Assembly (NCBI RefSeq): GCF_009914755.1
Contig: NC_060934.1
Direction: 5' to 3' (one strand)
Length of the DNA: 64,000 bases
Source of the DNA: the human T2T-CHM13v2.0 reference genome, Homo sapiens
Part shown: piece by piece, positions 42,061 through 55,834 of the stretch
Layout of the letters: every line of letters begins with the position of its first letter
Numbering within the stretch: position 1 is the stretch's first letter
The notes under the pieces: generated by a model
Told to the model about the DNA's origin: nothing
What the model saw: only the letters and a program-made list of their open reading frames with translations
The model's database searches: none
Program-made: the position numbers and the translations under genes

Positions 42061-45000
42061 GGTAAAAATATTCCTTGATGTGCTCCTGTTTACTAATTTA
42101 TGACTCCCTTTCAAGTTATTTAAATTATATATAATGAAATTTATATAAAATAATCATTATCCAGCTTACTGCACTAATATTGAAAAGGAACATAAACATT
42201 TGAGATGATGAATATAATTTATAAAGGTGGAAGGGATTACAGAATGGAATTCAGAGTCCTCTTTATCTTTTAGAGTAGGGTTCTCTGGCTTCTTACTTCA
42301 CATAGATCAGTGTTGTCAATACTGCAATAGAAAGAAAATGAGAATAAAAGTAACACTATTAACTAGAATTTTTTGTGTCTTTAGCTTTTAGTAAGTCCCA
42401 TAATTGCTTTGTAACTTCTTTTCCCTGAGAAAATTGGAGCCTGAACTCTCAGGGTTCTTATGAAGATACAATCACTTTAAAAAGTGTGATCTTCCTAAGG
42501 GGAATTATTGTTTTAACAAAATCTACATACGTTGATAATTTTAAAATATTTGAAAATTTATAAACTCTTTCTTCCTTTTTAATACTGTTTGTTAGAAATG
42601 GCTAAGATCTTTGTATAGGAAGGGGACATAATTTCAAGTGACATTATATTTGCTCTTCCTCTTTTGTTTGCACTAGAGAAAGCCTTGCCATATCTGATAC
42701 ATCATTGTCTGAAGGTATGCTTGCGTCATTTCCAATTAAATGTTTTAAGTCAGCAGTATACAGTAAATTATCATACATGTTATTGTAAGTTCAAGCTGAG
42801 ATGTTAGCAAGAAAATTGCTAAAGGATATCATTTAAGCTCTTACTGGTTCTGTGTATTTGCTAATGTCTGTGGTGTATATTACTTTGACGAGCCTACAGT
42901 GACTTCTAACTTGAATTAAAATACAGTTTTGGTTAATTTTGTTAAGGTCAAGACAAGATTTAAATTAGAATATAATTTGCTTAGTTATCTCACTTTTTTT
43001 GAAGCAAGTAAGCAATGAATTGGGAAAATAAATTATGATTGTTTACTTAAGATTCTCAGAAAGGGAACACACGTGCTTCGTTGACAACAGTGGCATCAGT
43101 AGATTGAATAATAATTTATGCTATATTCATTACTTTTTTATTCCTGATGGAAAGAAGAGCTGGTTAAAAGGTAGCAGAGACCAGTTAAATGTTCAGGTCT
43201 ATTTTAATAATATTTATACAAATTCATTGACTTTATAATAATTTGCATATTTATTTGAATTTTGACCTACTTGGCCTTAGAATTGTCAGTGAATATAAGG
43301 CAGTTTCTGAAGAAAGCCCGAAACACTCACTACAATGCTAGAATTCAATCGGTATTTGTTGGCATGTCACACATTCAGATACCTTGCATGTCTAATTATT
43401 ATATACTGAAATATATGTAATGAAGAGCAAATATAGTGAACAAAATATATATTGGGTGAGCAAAGTTTATGTCAAGTAAATGATTGACACAAATGTAGTT
43501 CTGCTTTTTTGGAATTCTGGTATCACAAACTTATTCCAATATATCTGAAGAGTAAAATCTTGTTCCTGTGGTTACTGTAACTAAAAGGGAATGGAAAAGG
43601 CAGGGCAGGAAAAGATTTATGGGATTCAGAGATGAGAAAATGTGAGAGATTTGAAGAAAAAGAAGGTAGAAAAGAAGAGCAATGTATAGACTTTGACAAA
43701 TGAGAAGAAATAATGAACAGGAATTTATAGTACAAAGAAGAAGGATAAAAGGGTGCATTTAGTCTCACAAAACTAGAATTGTACAATAAAAGAATTATTC
43801 TAACCCAAATTATTTAATTATCACAATGTTGTTATTCAAATCCTGCACATCCTTTGTCTCACAGACATCTGAAGGCCTTTAGTACCAGTCCAGTCCATGA
43901 CAATGTCTTTTCCTAAAATCTCATCACTTGTTTATGCTACTTACTTGACAACTGATTGAACACTTGTAATTCTGAGTTGTTCTGTGATTAAAATCTGCTA
44001 TTATAAGTTAACATTTTATGCTTTAAATCTCAATTTTCTAAGTAGAATACAAATCTGGAAGACAAGCACTCTGTCCTATTTCTTGATAGTTTCTGTAGTT
44101 TTAGCAAAGCATCTTGCATTGTAGAGGGATCTCAATTCTTTAATGACTGAGTGTAATATATAGCATTTTTCACCAAAAAGAGTCATTTATCCTATAGTAA
44201 AAAAAAAAACAATAAAATAACACTGAAAGCATGCAGAGACTTGGGTGAAATTTAGAAGCTTTGGAACATGTATTTCATCAGTAAGTTATTTACTTTGTTT
44301 ATATGATAGTCCTGACATGGAAAATCAGTGTAAGCCAAGATAGTATTGACAGAAAGAGCATAATAAATAGAAAAGGGGTACATGAATCAGATTATTTACA
44401 TTTTGAAGATGGTGGCTGCAATGAGTACTGCACTTGAATTAATCCAAAAGATCTCCCTTGAGCTGAAAGTGTGTGTAGTCATAATTGCGTGACCTGTGAC
44501 ACATTGTCTTTGTCCCACTGACAGGTTACAAAATTGGCACTGAATCAAGATAGAGTAATTATAGGAAAGTAGAAACTGTCTGGATATTCCACTGAAAGCT
44601 GAAGATGTGATCCATTCTTGATTTGCTTTGCTAATAGCTTTAACTTTGAGAAGACAGAGAGAATAGTAAGATAAACAACCAACAGGTGGGGGATGTAGGT
44701 GTCCTGGGAGAGAGAAAATTATCATGCCATTTGAGAGTATATAATATAAGGAAAAGAGAATAGAGAAGTGAAGCATTTACATACCCCCAGGTTTTGGCAA
44801 AATGTATTCCAAAATGTTTACAGGAAAGCTATTTTGATTCTGTGGCAAGAGAGCTAAAATAAAATACCCCAATAAATCATTCATTCATTTATTCAGTTTA
44901 AGTAATGGTATTAGAAAGTGTAAAGCTATAAGTGAGTTAAGGCTTCAAAATGAACTTTTTTTCTTTTTTTGTTAGGATAACCTGACTGATACAGCAAGGT

Positions 45001-46611
45001 TATGCTGCAGATATGATATATCTTAACTTTGTAATGGCATTTATGAATATCTGGTGTTCTTTTGAAGTTGACAGAAAAATGGACACTGGGTAATAGCATA
45101 GCTATTGTTGGTGGTTTCTGAGAGGGGCCAATAATTAGCACTCTTTTCTTTCTCTGGGTTCTAAACAAATAGGAACTAACAGTTAATTTGAAAATACTGG
45201 TCAATATATCATTTTTATTATTGATAAAAGTCATGCTGAAGGACATAACTTTGGGTCCATAAACCAAATTATGTTGCTAATTCTGAACTCAAGAATTAGG
45301 CAGATTTTGTCACCTGCCATGGATAATACATTAAGGTATGCTGCCTCCTGTGGGTAGGCTTCCCAGATAAGAAGTTATGAGAGACAGGATCCAAACCAAA
45401 CTCACATCATCTGCAGGCAGACTTGCTTCTAAAAGGAAGAGAGGCAGATTCATCTGTAGAATTAATCACTTCACCTCCTTGGAACACAATGAGTAAGAGC
45501 AGGAGAGAAGCTAGGAGAGTATCTATGGAAAATTCCTCCTCATCAAAATTAGGAATGGCAAAAGCTTTTCCCCTCTAACTTTGCCTTGCATCTGTTCTCT
45601 TAGGCCACTGAGTTTAACCATAAAGCCTGTGGTCAACTATGTGAGGGAGGAGATCAGCAGTTTATTTGGGCAGGAGGCGAATTCTAATGTCAGCTGCTTT
45701 GGGCATTATCCTGAGATCCATGGTGGTCAGTTTTGATTCTACACTGAGAAGATTCTGAAATGGGTTGGAACAGGACATATATCAAATCAGCTTCAATGAC
45801 ACTCTGTATCTGAAGCTGGAAATTTACCGCCAACTTATTTCTTATCTTAAATTATATATAACTCTATGGCCATATTAAATAACTCTAATACTAGAATGTG
45901 TAAAGATACATCAGTAATAAAATTCCAAAAACATAGAAATGCCCTAATTAAATAAAATCTCCTCACTTTATCAACTTCCCAAGGAACAATCATTAAAGTT
46001 TAAAAGATTATATTTCTTGGCAAGTTAAAACCATAAGTAAAGTCTAAAACTATTTTGCCTTTGTGAGTTAAAAATTCTTCAAATAAATTCCAAAAACATT
46101 CTTCAGTATTTCTTATTAAAATATTAAACATTCTTCAATATTAGTCTCAGCCATAAGCACTCACCATTCACAGGAAGAGTTGGGATTGTCTGTTTCTCAC
46201 CAGAATGCCTAGAGCTCCTTCAGTGTCAACACTGCTATATTAGTTCAATGCCAAGCCTTCTGTGGGCCTGATTTTAAATAACTCAAATTATTAATAATAC
46301 ATGGAAAATTTTCAGAGCACTGGCCACACAGTGACCAAATTTAGAAAGCAGACCAATTCCTACCCTTTAAATGAGTTATCTCAGGCAAAATGATATGCCT
46401 AAACCTAATTCTTAGTGTGGCCAAACACCATACCAGAGACTCAGTGGTATCTAAGGAAAGAAGGGTAGATTGTAAACCCTGATTTTAATCTTGACATGAT
46501 ACTATTGGTCTATAAAAGTTGTCCAGAATTCTTGAGCTATGGGTTTAAATCCCAGTGGGAGAAATCCCTAAGCAAATGGTTGATTTTGGTATTATGCATA
46601 CTTACCTCTTA

Positions 46612-46955
<344 letters not shown>

Positions 46956-47509
46956 TTAGAAATTTTTAATCATATCAACCCAGTCCCGAGCACATCTTAT
47001 TCATGCCTTCTCCTCCAAGACAGTATTTTTAAAACTTTAGTTTCCATTTATCCCAACCCTAAATTGAGAGTGACTGTGTTTGGTGAATAGCACCCATGCT
47101 TTTGTGACTAACTAGAGGCATTTCAATCTTATTTTGCTGTGGCTGTTGCCACTGTATGTCTCTATGACTTTACTTCCCAGGAAGTATTTGTCTCTCCTCT
47201 GTCATTAGCCAATTCAGAGACAATCTAAGACCACATGGTAGAGAGTGACCTTGAGCTTGTGTTCAAACTAAACGATTGTAAGTTTCATCCATAGGTCCTA
47301 TCTTAGTCCTAAATTAATTTTTAAATTCAACAAATATTTATTGAACATCTTCTATCTACCAGATACTTTCTAGATGCTGAGATTAACATACATAAAAATC
47401 CAAGTACTATCAGTAGAGACAAACTTTAAATAAACAAGCAAAATATATAGCATATTAGATGATAGAGAATAATGCGGAGAAAAACAAAACAAGGAAGAGG
47501 GAAAGTGGC

Positions 47510-47569
47510 TGTGTGTGTGTGTGTGTGTGTGTGTTTGTGTGTGTATGTGTTTGTGTGTGTTTCTGTGTG
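47510..47569 (+). repeat. Imperfect (TG)n within an L2 fragment
   Basis: Direct read. Confidence 0.9.
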
Positions 47570-47755
47570 AAGATGATTGACATTTTAATTGAGGTGGTCA
47601 GGGAAGAAGTAGAAAATGAAATTTTAGGTAAAGGAACTAGTGTTGGCTACTTAAGCCTAACACTAACCATTTAAAGCTCATGCACATTCTGTTTATATAT
47701 ATATACACACACACATATACACAGTAACCATTTAAAACTCATTCAGGTTCTGTTT

Positions 47756-47766
47756 TCTATCTATCT

Positions 47767-47823
<57 letters not shown>

Positions 47824-47824
47824 A
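47756..47824 (+). repeat. (TCTA)n tetranucleotide STR with one interruption
   Basis: Direct read. Confidence 0.95.
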
Positions 47825-47834
47825 GTCTCTCCAT

Positions 47835-47982
47835 AAGAGATTGAATGAGCCAAGAAAGCTGTCTAGTCATCAGTTGCTGAAGGACTGGCTAAGACAGAAA
47901 TACACAGATACCTTTCTCAGTTGCCCCAAGTTTGGGACTCACTCCTCATATATGTGTACAAAGTACAAAAATTAAAATTCAA
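47835..47982 (+). repeat. Dispersed direct repeat, copy 1 (~150 bp)
   Basis: Roughly 85% identical to 49116-49267 by manual alignment. Confidence 0.9.
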
Positions 47983-48284
47983 GTTCCGTAAATTTAGAAC
48001 TTGACTTCTTTGTAGTTTACTATGTTTGGTAACAGCAAATATTCTGCTCAATAATTTCCAAAGCCTTTTTTTCCATGTGATTAAGTCATTGCCTCAGCAA
48101 AGCTTAGAAATAGTTGCATTTGCATAGTAAATGGCATATTAAGGCCTTGGCCCTAGTTGAAGCCCAGTGATCTTCATTTTTGTTTTCTGGATTGCCCTAT
48201 CACTTGTTCTATCCTTAAGGAAATGGAGTGGCTTATTTGATTTCTAAATTTAAGTGAAATAAACAGCATCAGTTATAAAGATGA

Positions 48285-48616
48285 TGTTGTAGGACCTTTT
48301 CCTTAGTTCAGCTAAAAATGGGGTCCTTATCACATGACCATGAAAGGTTAGGCTCACAGATACATTGAAGGGTGGGAAAAATTGAATTTATTGGGTGAAA
48401 AGAAAAAAAAAAAACTCAGCAAAGTGAGAGAATTTCCTGTTAACAGGCCCCCATCTCACCAATTGACTCCCAGGTACCACCCTAGAACAGGAGAGGCCAC
48501 GTTCCTTCCGCTGCAAACAGCACGAACTTTCTGAGGCTCCACCCAGTGTGCATTCCTCCCATTGCACAGGCCTGTCAAAGGTTCTGCCAGGCGGCCCATT
48601 TTACTTGGCTATCTCA
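48285..48616 (-). mobile_element. MER48-like ERV1 solo LTR
   Basis: tgttgtaggac...ttacttggctatctca, TG/CA ends, 4-bp TSD ATGA. Confidence 0.8.
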
Positions 48617-49115
48617 ATGATATTATGTTCTTTATCTTCACTTTTTACTTTTTAACTTGTTCAGAATCCCAAGCGGATGAGAAGGGTCTACTTAATAATA
48701 GAAACCTTATCAGAGACCCCAACAGTTCAATAGACTCATTATTGATTGCTATGTAAGTGTCCATTTCTAGAGAAAGGGTAATGAAGCATGTATTTCTTTT
48801 CTCTGATCCACTTAAAATTTTCATCAACCAAGAAATAAATGGCCTGATTATCAAATTTAGATATTTATGGGAAAATTCATGGAAAGGAAATATATTAGAA
48901 TAAAGGGAATTTGTAGATTAAGTGTGAAATATATAGAATATATTTGGTGAAAGTTAAAATGCTTTTGGTAAAGGGAAGAAAATCATAGGGTTAGATATGT
49001 CTTCTTAGCAGGAATATATCATAAGCCAATACATTCAAGAAAATTTACCAGTTGGTTGGTGAAGCAGACAAAACACAGGAAGACGCTGCAAAGTTTTTGG
49101 GAGCATCATTAGACC

Positions 49116-49267
49116 AAGAGAGGTTGAATGAGCCAAGAAATCTGTCTGGTCATCAGCTGCAGAGGGGCTGACTAAGTAAGAAATACACAGATGCCTTTCT
49201 CAGTTGCCCCAAGTTTGGAACCCACTCCTTATAAAAATATATACAAAGTACAGAAATTAGAATTCAA
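49116..49267 (+). repeat. Dispersed direct repeat, copy 2
   Basis: Shares ttgaatgagccaagaaa and cctttctcagttgccccaagtttgg with copy 1. Confidence 0.9.
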
Positions 49268-51617
49268 TAACATATGGTCCAAAAAGTTGTATTCCAGAGC
49301 AAGGGCTAAGGAGGGTCAAGTTTTCGGTAAGTTTTGCAGTGGACAAAGGATGGTTTCACAAAGTTTGAAAATAAGGGAAAACATGCCTAGTCTGCTAGCT
49401 AGGGAACTTCTTGGGTATCATATACCTCTTGCCACCCAGAGTAGACATAATAAACTGAATGTTTCTAAATCCATATACCTTATCTGTCCTATCTTTTGAT
49501 ATACGACATGGAGGGAACCCTGGAATATGAAAAAGCAATACTCATTCTTGTGGTGGCTTTTATGATTTTTATTGAATTACTAGCAAGTATGGCAACTCAC
49601 TATCTTGATTCTCTTTGCCCCCAAAGGGCATTGACCTGTTCAGGGGATGGAATCGGGGTCAACATGAAAGAAAACATGCAGAGAGACAACTAACACATTG
49701 GAAGTTTAAAGGTTCAAAGAGAATTTTGCACTCAATAAAAAAACAGGTTAAAAATAATCACAACAGTAAAACATGAAAAATGTATAATAAATACCAATGT
49801 GAAGTTCCGAATTTAGTTTCAAAAATTTACTCATAGACATGCTAAGTAAAGAAGACTTGTCTTGATCAAAGTTCACGTCAAGGTATTCAAGGGTCCTAGA
49901 TGACCATCTGTCAGGAAAGTCACAGCACTTCTGAGCCTGCTTTAATAGGAACATTGGACTTAGTAACCTCCAGTATTCCTTCCAAATCTGGGAATGAGTT
50001 ACTCCAATGAGCCTGTGACTTTCTCACCTTCTGATTTTTGTGGTTTAACACATTGTTCCAAGTACATAAGAAAGCCGATTTATATCAGTCATGAGTAATC
50101 TATGCTACATCAAACTGCCCTTCACATTTAAAAAATTCAAACAATTGAAATTCATTTTTTTTAAAAAACATCATGTCTCCTTTCACAAAATCTTAAAAGC
50201 AAGTCAGATTGCCTATTCATTTATCACACCAGTTAGTCAATGATTATTATAGGTATCTTCCAATGGAGACTTAAAAAAATTATATTTAGCAGATGTCTTC
50301 ACAAAGGAGCATTTTACTGGAGAACCATTTTTTAGCATTTTGCAATATTGAACTGAAAGTGACTCCATTAGCTAATAGCAAAATAATCCCATTTTCCTCA
50401 AAGGAAAAAAATATCTTTAATATATGTATTGATTAAAAGGAAAATGCCAGTGTGTGGGTCATTTACGTGTCCAGGAAGATTTAAGAACCTCTTGAAGAAC
50501 TTCAAAATTATAGTCATAAACTACTTAAATGTTCAACACGAACTCCTTATACACTAAATGAAAAAGCTAACTGGATTATGTTGCATTTAGAATTTTTTAA
50601 CCTAGAAGCTAGCATGTTGTGGCTCAGAATTGAATCATTAGCTTTGCATTAATTCCCAGAATCAGGGAGAAAAGAAATCTTTCTTTAGTAAATTACTTCT
50701 TGGGGTTGGGGGAACTACTGAGAGATTGATCTGAGCTTTGTTGCAGCAAGAGCCTCAAGTCATAAATTATTGGCACACAAGCAGAAGTCAGTGTGTCATT
50801 TCTATTGTAGTCAGATGCTTTTATATTTCCACTCGTCAAGGTTGACTTGATCATATTGTACACCTCCTGGATGTCCGAGACATAGCATTCATTTGTCCCT
50901 CTCTTTGAGAGCAGGACAGGTATTTCTTTCACAACTTAAACCTCTAAGTTTAAGAAATATACTCCATAGTATGACTGTGGGGGTATTCTATGTGTGAAAA
51001 ATTTTTTCGAGTGCAGATTTCAAAATTTGAAATTAACCAGGTTCTCATTTTTGCTCTTTGAGGAGTAATATGTATTAAAATCCATTCTGAGGATCTAGCT
51101 TTTAAATGACCTTTTCAGTACTCATCCTTTTGCTCATTTTGATTTGCTCAGATAAATTACAACCACCTGGCCTTTTGTATTAAAAAAGGTTACATACAAA
51201 ATTGACCTTTTGATACTTATTGAGGGAACTAGGTTCATTGTATTTGAGATTAACTGCTGTTGCTGTTTTCTGAATGATGTCTTAAATAACTTTACTTGAG
51301 GATGGTAAAGCCTATTTCTTGTGCCATTTTGTTCCAGGCTAATTCTAACACCATAGGAATGGACTGTCTGAGATATACAAAGAAAATTATGTTTTAGAAA
51401 ATAATGAATCTAATTTATTCAGCTCCTGTGTGCCTAATGATTTACAGATGTGATTTCAATGTATCTTAATCTTGATAAACCCAATATTATCCTTTGGCCA
51501 GTCTGCCCTTCACCATATTGCTTATTAAGATTCTAGCTTCTTTCTGTCTGTTTCTTGAATATTTTAAGCTCAGGCTTGCCTCAAAACTTGGTGCTTGATT
51601 TTCCCGCTGCCTGAAAT

Positions 51618-51621
<4 letters not shown>

Positions 51622-51652
<31 letters not shown>

Positions 51653-51935
51653 AGATGGAGTCTCGCTCTGTCACCTGGGCTAGAGTGCAGTGGTGCAATC
51701 TCAGCACACTGCAATCTCCACATCCCGGGTTAAAGCGATTGTCCTCCCTCAGCCTCCTGAGTAGCTGGGACTACAGGCGTGTGCCACTACGCCCAGCTAA
51801 TTTTTGTATTTTTAGTAGAGACAGGATTTCACCATGTCAGTTGGCCAGTATGGTCTCCATCTCTTGACCTCGTGATCCACCCACCTCAGCCTCCCAAAGT
51901 GCTGGGATTACAGGCGTGAGCCACCTCACCCGGCC
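51622..51935 (-). mobile_element. AluSc-like
   Basis: T30 tail, ctcttgacctcgtgatcc; TSD tgaaatgttc. Confidence 0.94.
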
Positions 51936-51979
51936 TGAAATGTTCTTTTCTAGCTTCCTTTGTTCCATTCACCTAATAT

Positions 51980-52293
51980 TCTATTTGCCACCCTACATTT
52001 TCTGGCTTCTGTGTAATTAGGTTGGACTGTGTGACTATTTCTGATAATGAGTTGTATCACTTGTGGGCTGAAGCACTGAAAAGTCCGTACACGATTCACT
52101 AGTCCTTTTTCTGCCATGATTCTTCGGGAAGTTTTGGGTTGAGATGGAAAGTGACAAGATTGAAACAATCTATATGGCTGATTTCCCAAATGGGAAGTTA
52201 CCTAGACCAGAGGATTTTGTGTGTGCAAAAAATAAACTTTTCTGTGTTCAACTACTGAGCTTTTGGGGATGTGTGCCTATTCTGATTAACTAT
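51980..52293 (+). mobile_element. Old MLT1 (J/K/L-like) LTR
   Basis: aattaggttggactgtgtgacta...aaataaacttttctgtgttcaactactgag. Confidence 0.6.
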
Positions 52294-53943
52294 TCAGGGT
52301 TTCAGGGCAAATGTCATTTCTCTTCTGTAACCATTCTATCTAAAGCACTTTCCCTCTGCACTGTATCTTTCCTCTGAGCATTTTGTTTCCCATAGCAATT
52401 TTTTTCCATAATACTTATATGTATTTGTTTATGTAAGTCAATGTCGAACAAACAAGACTTCTGTGTGCTGTTAATTATGATTCTTAAGTGCCCAGAGTAT
52501 TTTTAAAGTTGTCAATAAGCATTCATTTTTCAACATTTTGTTTTAATGTCAACAAGTACAAAAAGCAAGATAAAATACTATCTTGCAAAGGTCCATTGAA
52601 TTTCCTGTTGGTCACCAGAAAAGATAGCCTGTATCAAGCCATAGCACAGTTTTTAAGACTCTCCTAGATAAATCCATTTTGCATTATTTCTTTTATCCTG
52701 AAATGAGATCATCTTTGGCAAAGTCTTTATAGGTAATGCTATCTGTATCAACACAGAAAAGATTTAGAGTCCGTATTTTCATTTTAAAATTTCCCGAAGA
52801 GTCACCTTCAAAAATTCTGCAATATTTTTGCATATATGGAGGTGTTCGTCCACTAACGAATAGCTTTGTTGCTTTTAACTCCAGGCTACATAAGTACTTC
52901 CTCCAATAGCAGACTATACTATCTGCCAGCTGCCTGCTTCCAGTTTTCTGGCACATGGTTCAGAAGAGTCTCCGGTATTTTTTTTGCTGGCATGGAGAAG
53001 CTTGCTGAATAGAATCAAAAGAGTCACCCCATACATCAGTTACTAGAAAAAGGGCATGCAGTAGGAGCTCAGTAAAAATTCATTCAATTAATTATTACAG
53101 GCAAATTTATTCACCATGGAAGTCTTGATATGAGCAAACTATCACATTTTTCTACAAATAGGCTTTTATTTTTTAAAAACGATGAAAGAAAAAAACAAAT
53201 TTTTTCCTAGAATTTTAGTCTAAGCTATTCAGGATCATCCTTTGGAATTTGAAGTAAAGAACTTCATAATTTGCTTCCAGTCCTTAATGGAGTTTCTTGA
53301 CAAGGCATTAAGACTTTACAGAAAAATATTTTCTTATTGCTAATGCATGAAGACATGTGCCACATGACGTACAGAACTTCATTTCTCATTAAGGAACAAA
53401 ATGAGATATGTGATCAAGTAGAAGATAAAAACAAGTATACACAGGTATATCATCTGCATAATCAAAGTTTTGCATGGAATATTCATCTTCAGTGTTATGA
53501 AGACTTAAGTGATTTTCTTTTGAAAAAGTGTTCACAAGTTGGAATTCTTTGTTAATGAGAAGTCAGCAAGCACACAGTTGACAAAAACCAGGGATTGTCT
53601 ATGCTGGATCATGTTAGTGTTTCACTTAGACTAAAAAGAAATGATGAAATTCTAATCCTTTCCTAATTTACTTCAAAATACTCAGTGTTAGCAAACATTA
53701 GAAATTTCTGGAATGGCTGTGATAATTAGATAGGGATATTATTTTACTTTTCTTTGTTTGCTCCATACTGCAAATTAGCATGATCATCCCCCCGCCACCA
53801 AAAAATGATTTTACCAAGGTCTATCCAGAGATACAAAGCTTAACTGATTTGATTAACAACTTTGTGATATGCTTCAAGACACAGCTTTTGTGTTGAGAAA
53901 AATTCAAATTTTGGTAAAATTCTATCCACCCCCCCACACACTC

Positions 53944-54245
53944 TTTTTTTTTTTTTTTTTTGAGATGGAGTCTTGCTTTTTTGCCCCAGGCTGGAGTGCA
54001 GTGGTGGTCTTGGCTCACTGTATCCTCTGCCTCTCAGATTCAAGCCATTCTCCTACTTCAGCCTCCTGAGTAGCTGGGATTACAGGTGTGCGCCACCAGG
54101 CCTGGATATATTTTTTGTATTTTTTAGTAGAGACAGAGTTTCGTCATGTTGGCTAGGCTGGCCTTGAACGCCTGACCTCAGGTGATCTGCCCGCCTTGGC
54201 CTCCCAAAGTGCTGGGATTATAGGTGTGAGCCACTGCGTCTGGCC
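53944..54245 (-). mobile_element. AluS (Sx-like)
   Basis: poly-T, full dimer, cctgacctcaggtgatc. Confidence 0.94.
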
Positions 54246-55482
54246 CCTATCCCTTTTAAATTAAACTTATTTTCATGAAGACTTACAAATGGACAGATGT
54301 CAGGCAACCCTTCCATTTTCTTGACTTCAAAATTTAATTACAAAGAATCGCCCCTGTAAGAAGTACTATTTTGTCTCCCATGATGTTTAAGTAGGAATGG
54401 ATAGCATGGATATGTAAAGATAAGGAAGATTTGCTAATGAAGATTATTCATTTTCTCTGACATTTCCTAAATTAACCTAAACAATGACAGCCCATGCTTA
54501 AAAGGACCATACTTGTAAAAGTAAGGTATATTTTATTTAATTCCTGTCAGTAGAAACCTTTTAAAAATACCTTATTACAAGGAAATGATGGTGATGCTAT
54601 CAGGTCATGTAGTTTGTACCACCCTGCTCTTGTTAATATTGACAATTTCCAGAGTTCCATGAGACTGATTTTACATTGAAGTTATGATCTACAATCAGTA
54701 TGTAAGGCTGATATCTTTAAGAAACAAGATCATTCAGTATAGAGTATAGGTGGCATTGCATATACACCAAAGTTTACAGAAAAAAACAAAGTTTGAGAAC
54801 CAGTGAGCTACATGAAGAAAACAAATAAATGAAATGTTTCCAATTAAATGTCTGAGCTTTGAACTAATTCTGCCTTGAAGATAATTTTCAAATTCTTATC
54901 TAGCAAATAGGAATGTGTCAGTAATTCTAAAGTAGTTTTGCTGGCTTTTAGAATTTGTTCCCTTTTGTTTTAAGCATTAATATGAGTTGATTGATTTATT
55001 TCTTGAAATAACTTAAGGAAGTAGAGTTACATTTTGGTTCAGGATGAGGGGCTGTTAGCTTCTGAAGACAGCAGTAAGTTAATGATTGAATCCACTGAAA
55101 TTGCAGGGAAATAATTAAAGTATCATCTATTAGTGCCAGGTTCATAGACTTTTCCAGTCCTCATCTATTTGCCCTTTAGAGGTCTGTGATCTGCAGTTTG
55201 AGGAATCTCTGGCCTAGAGGTTCTGTGAGGTTCCTGCCAGGTCTAAAAATCTGTGGAGATTGTGTCTTGGTCATATGAATTATATAATCAGTGTTATCCA
55301 GGTGACAACAAGACCCTCATTTGTTGACATAATTTAATCCGTTATTTTGACCTTTTGGTTTAATTTTACTTTGAGTGATAACGTATTTACTTTGATACGC
55401 ATAGTCATGCTTATACTTTCTACATACATTGACATGCATATGTACTATATATGCATTGGTATATACATATATATAAGCTTAT

Positions 55483-55834
55483 TGTATTAGTCCCTTTTCA
55501 CACTACTGATAAAGACATACTTGAGACTGGGAAGAAAAAGAGGTTTAATTGGACTTACAATTCCATATGGCTGGGGAGGCCTCAGAATCCTGGTGGGGGG
55601 CCAAAGCACTTCTTACATGGCAGCGTTAAGAGAAAATGAAGAAGAATCAGAAGCAGAAACCCCTGGTAAACCCATCAGTTCTCATGAGACTTATTCACTA
55701 TCATGAGAATAACACGGGAAAGACCAGCCCCCATGATTCAGTTCCTCCCACTCGGTCCCTCCCACAACACGAGAGATTTCTGGGAGATACAATTCAAGTT
55801 GAGATTTGGGTGGGGACACAGTCAAACCATATCA
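55483..55834 (-). mobile_element. THE1A solo LTR
   Basis: tgtattagtcc...caaaccatatca; TSD CTTAT. Confidence 0.92.

Noticed and set aside
50693-50932. Protein-like minus ORF and an AG...GT bounded plus segment (50811-50919)
   Set aside because: No recognisable homology; the plus segment has stops in all three frames and a weak donor
52693-52956. 87-aa minus ORF
   Set aside because: No homology or gene context; length expected by chance
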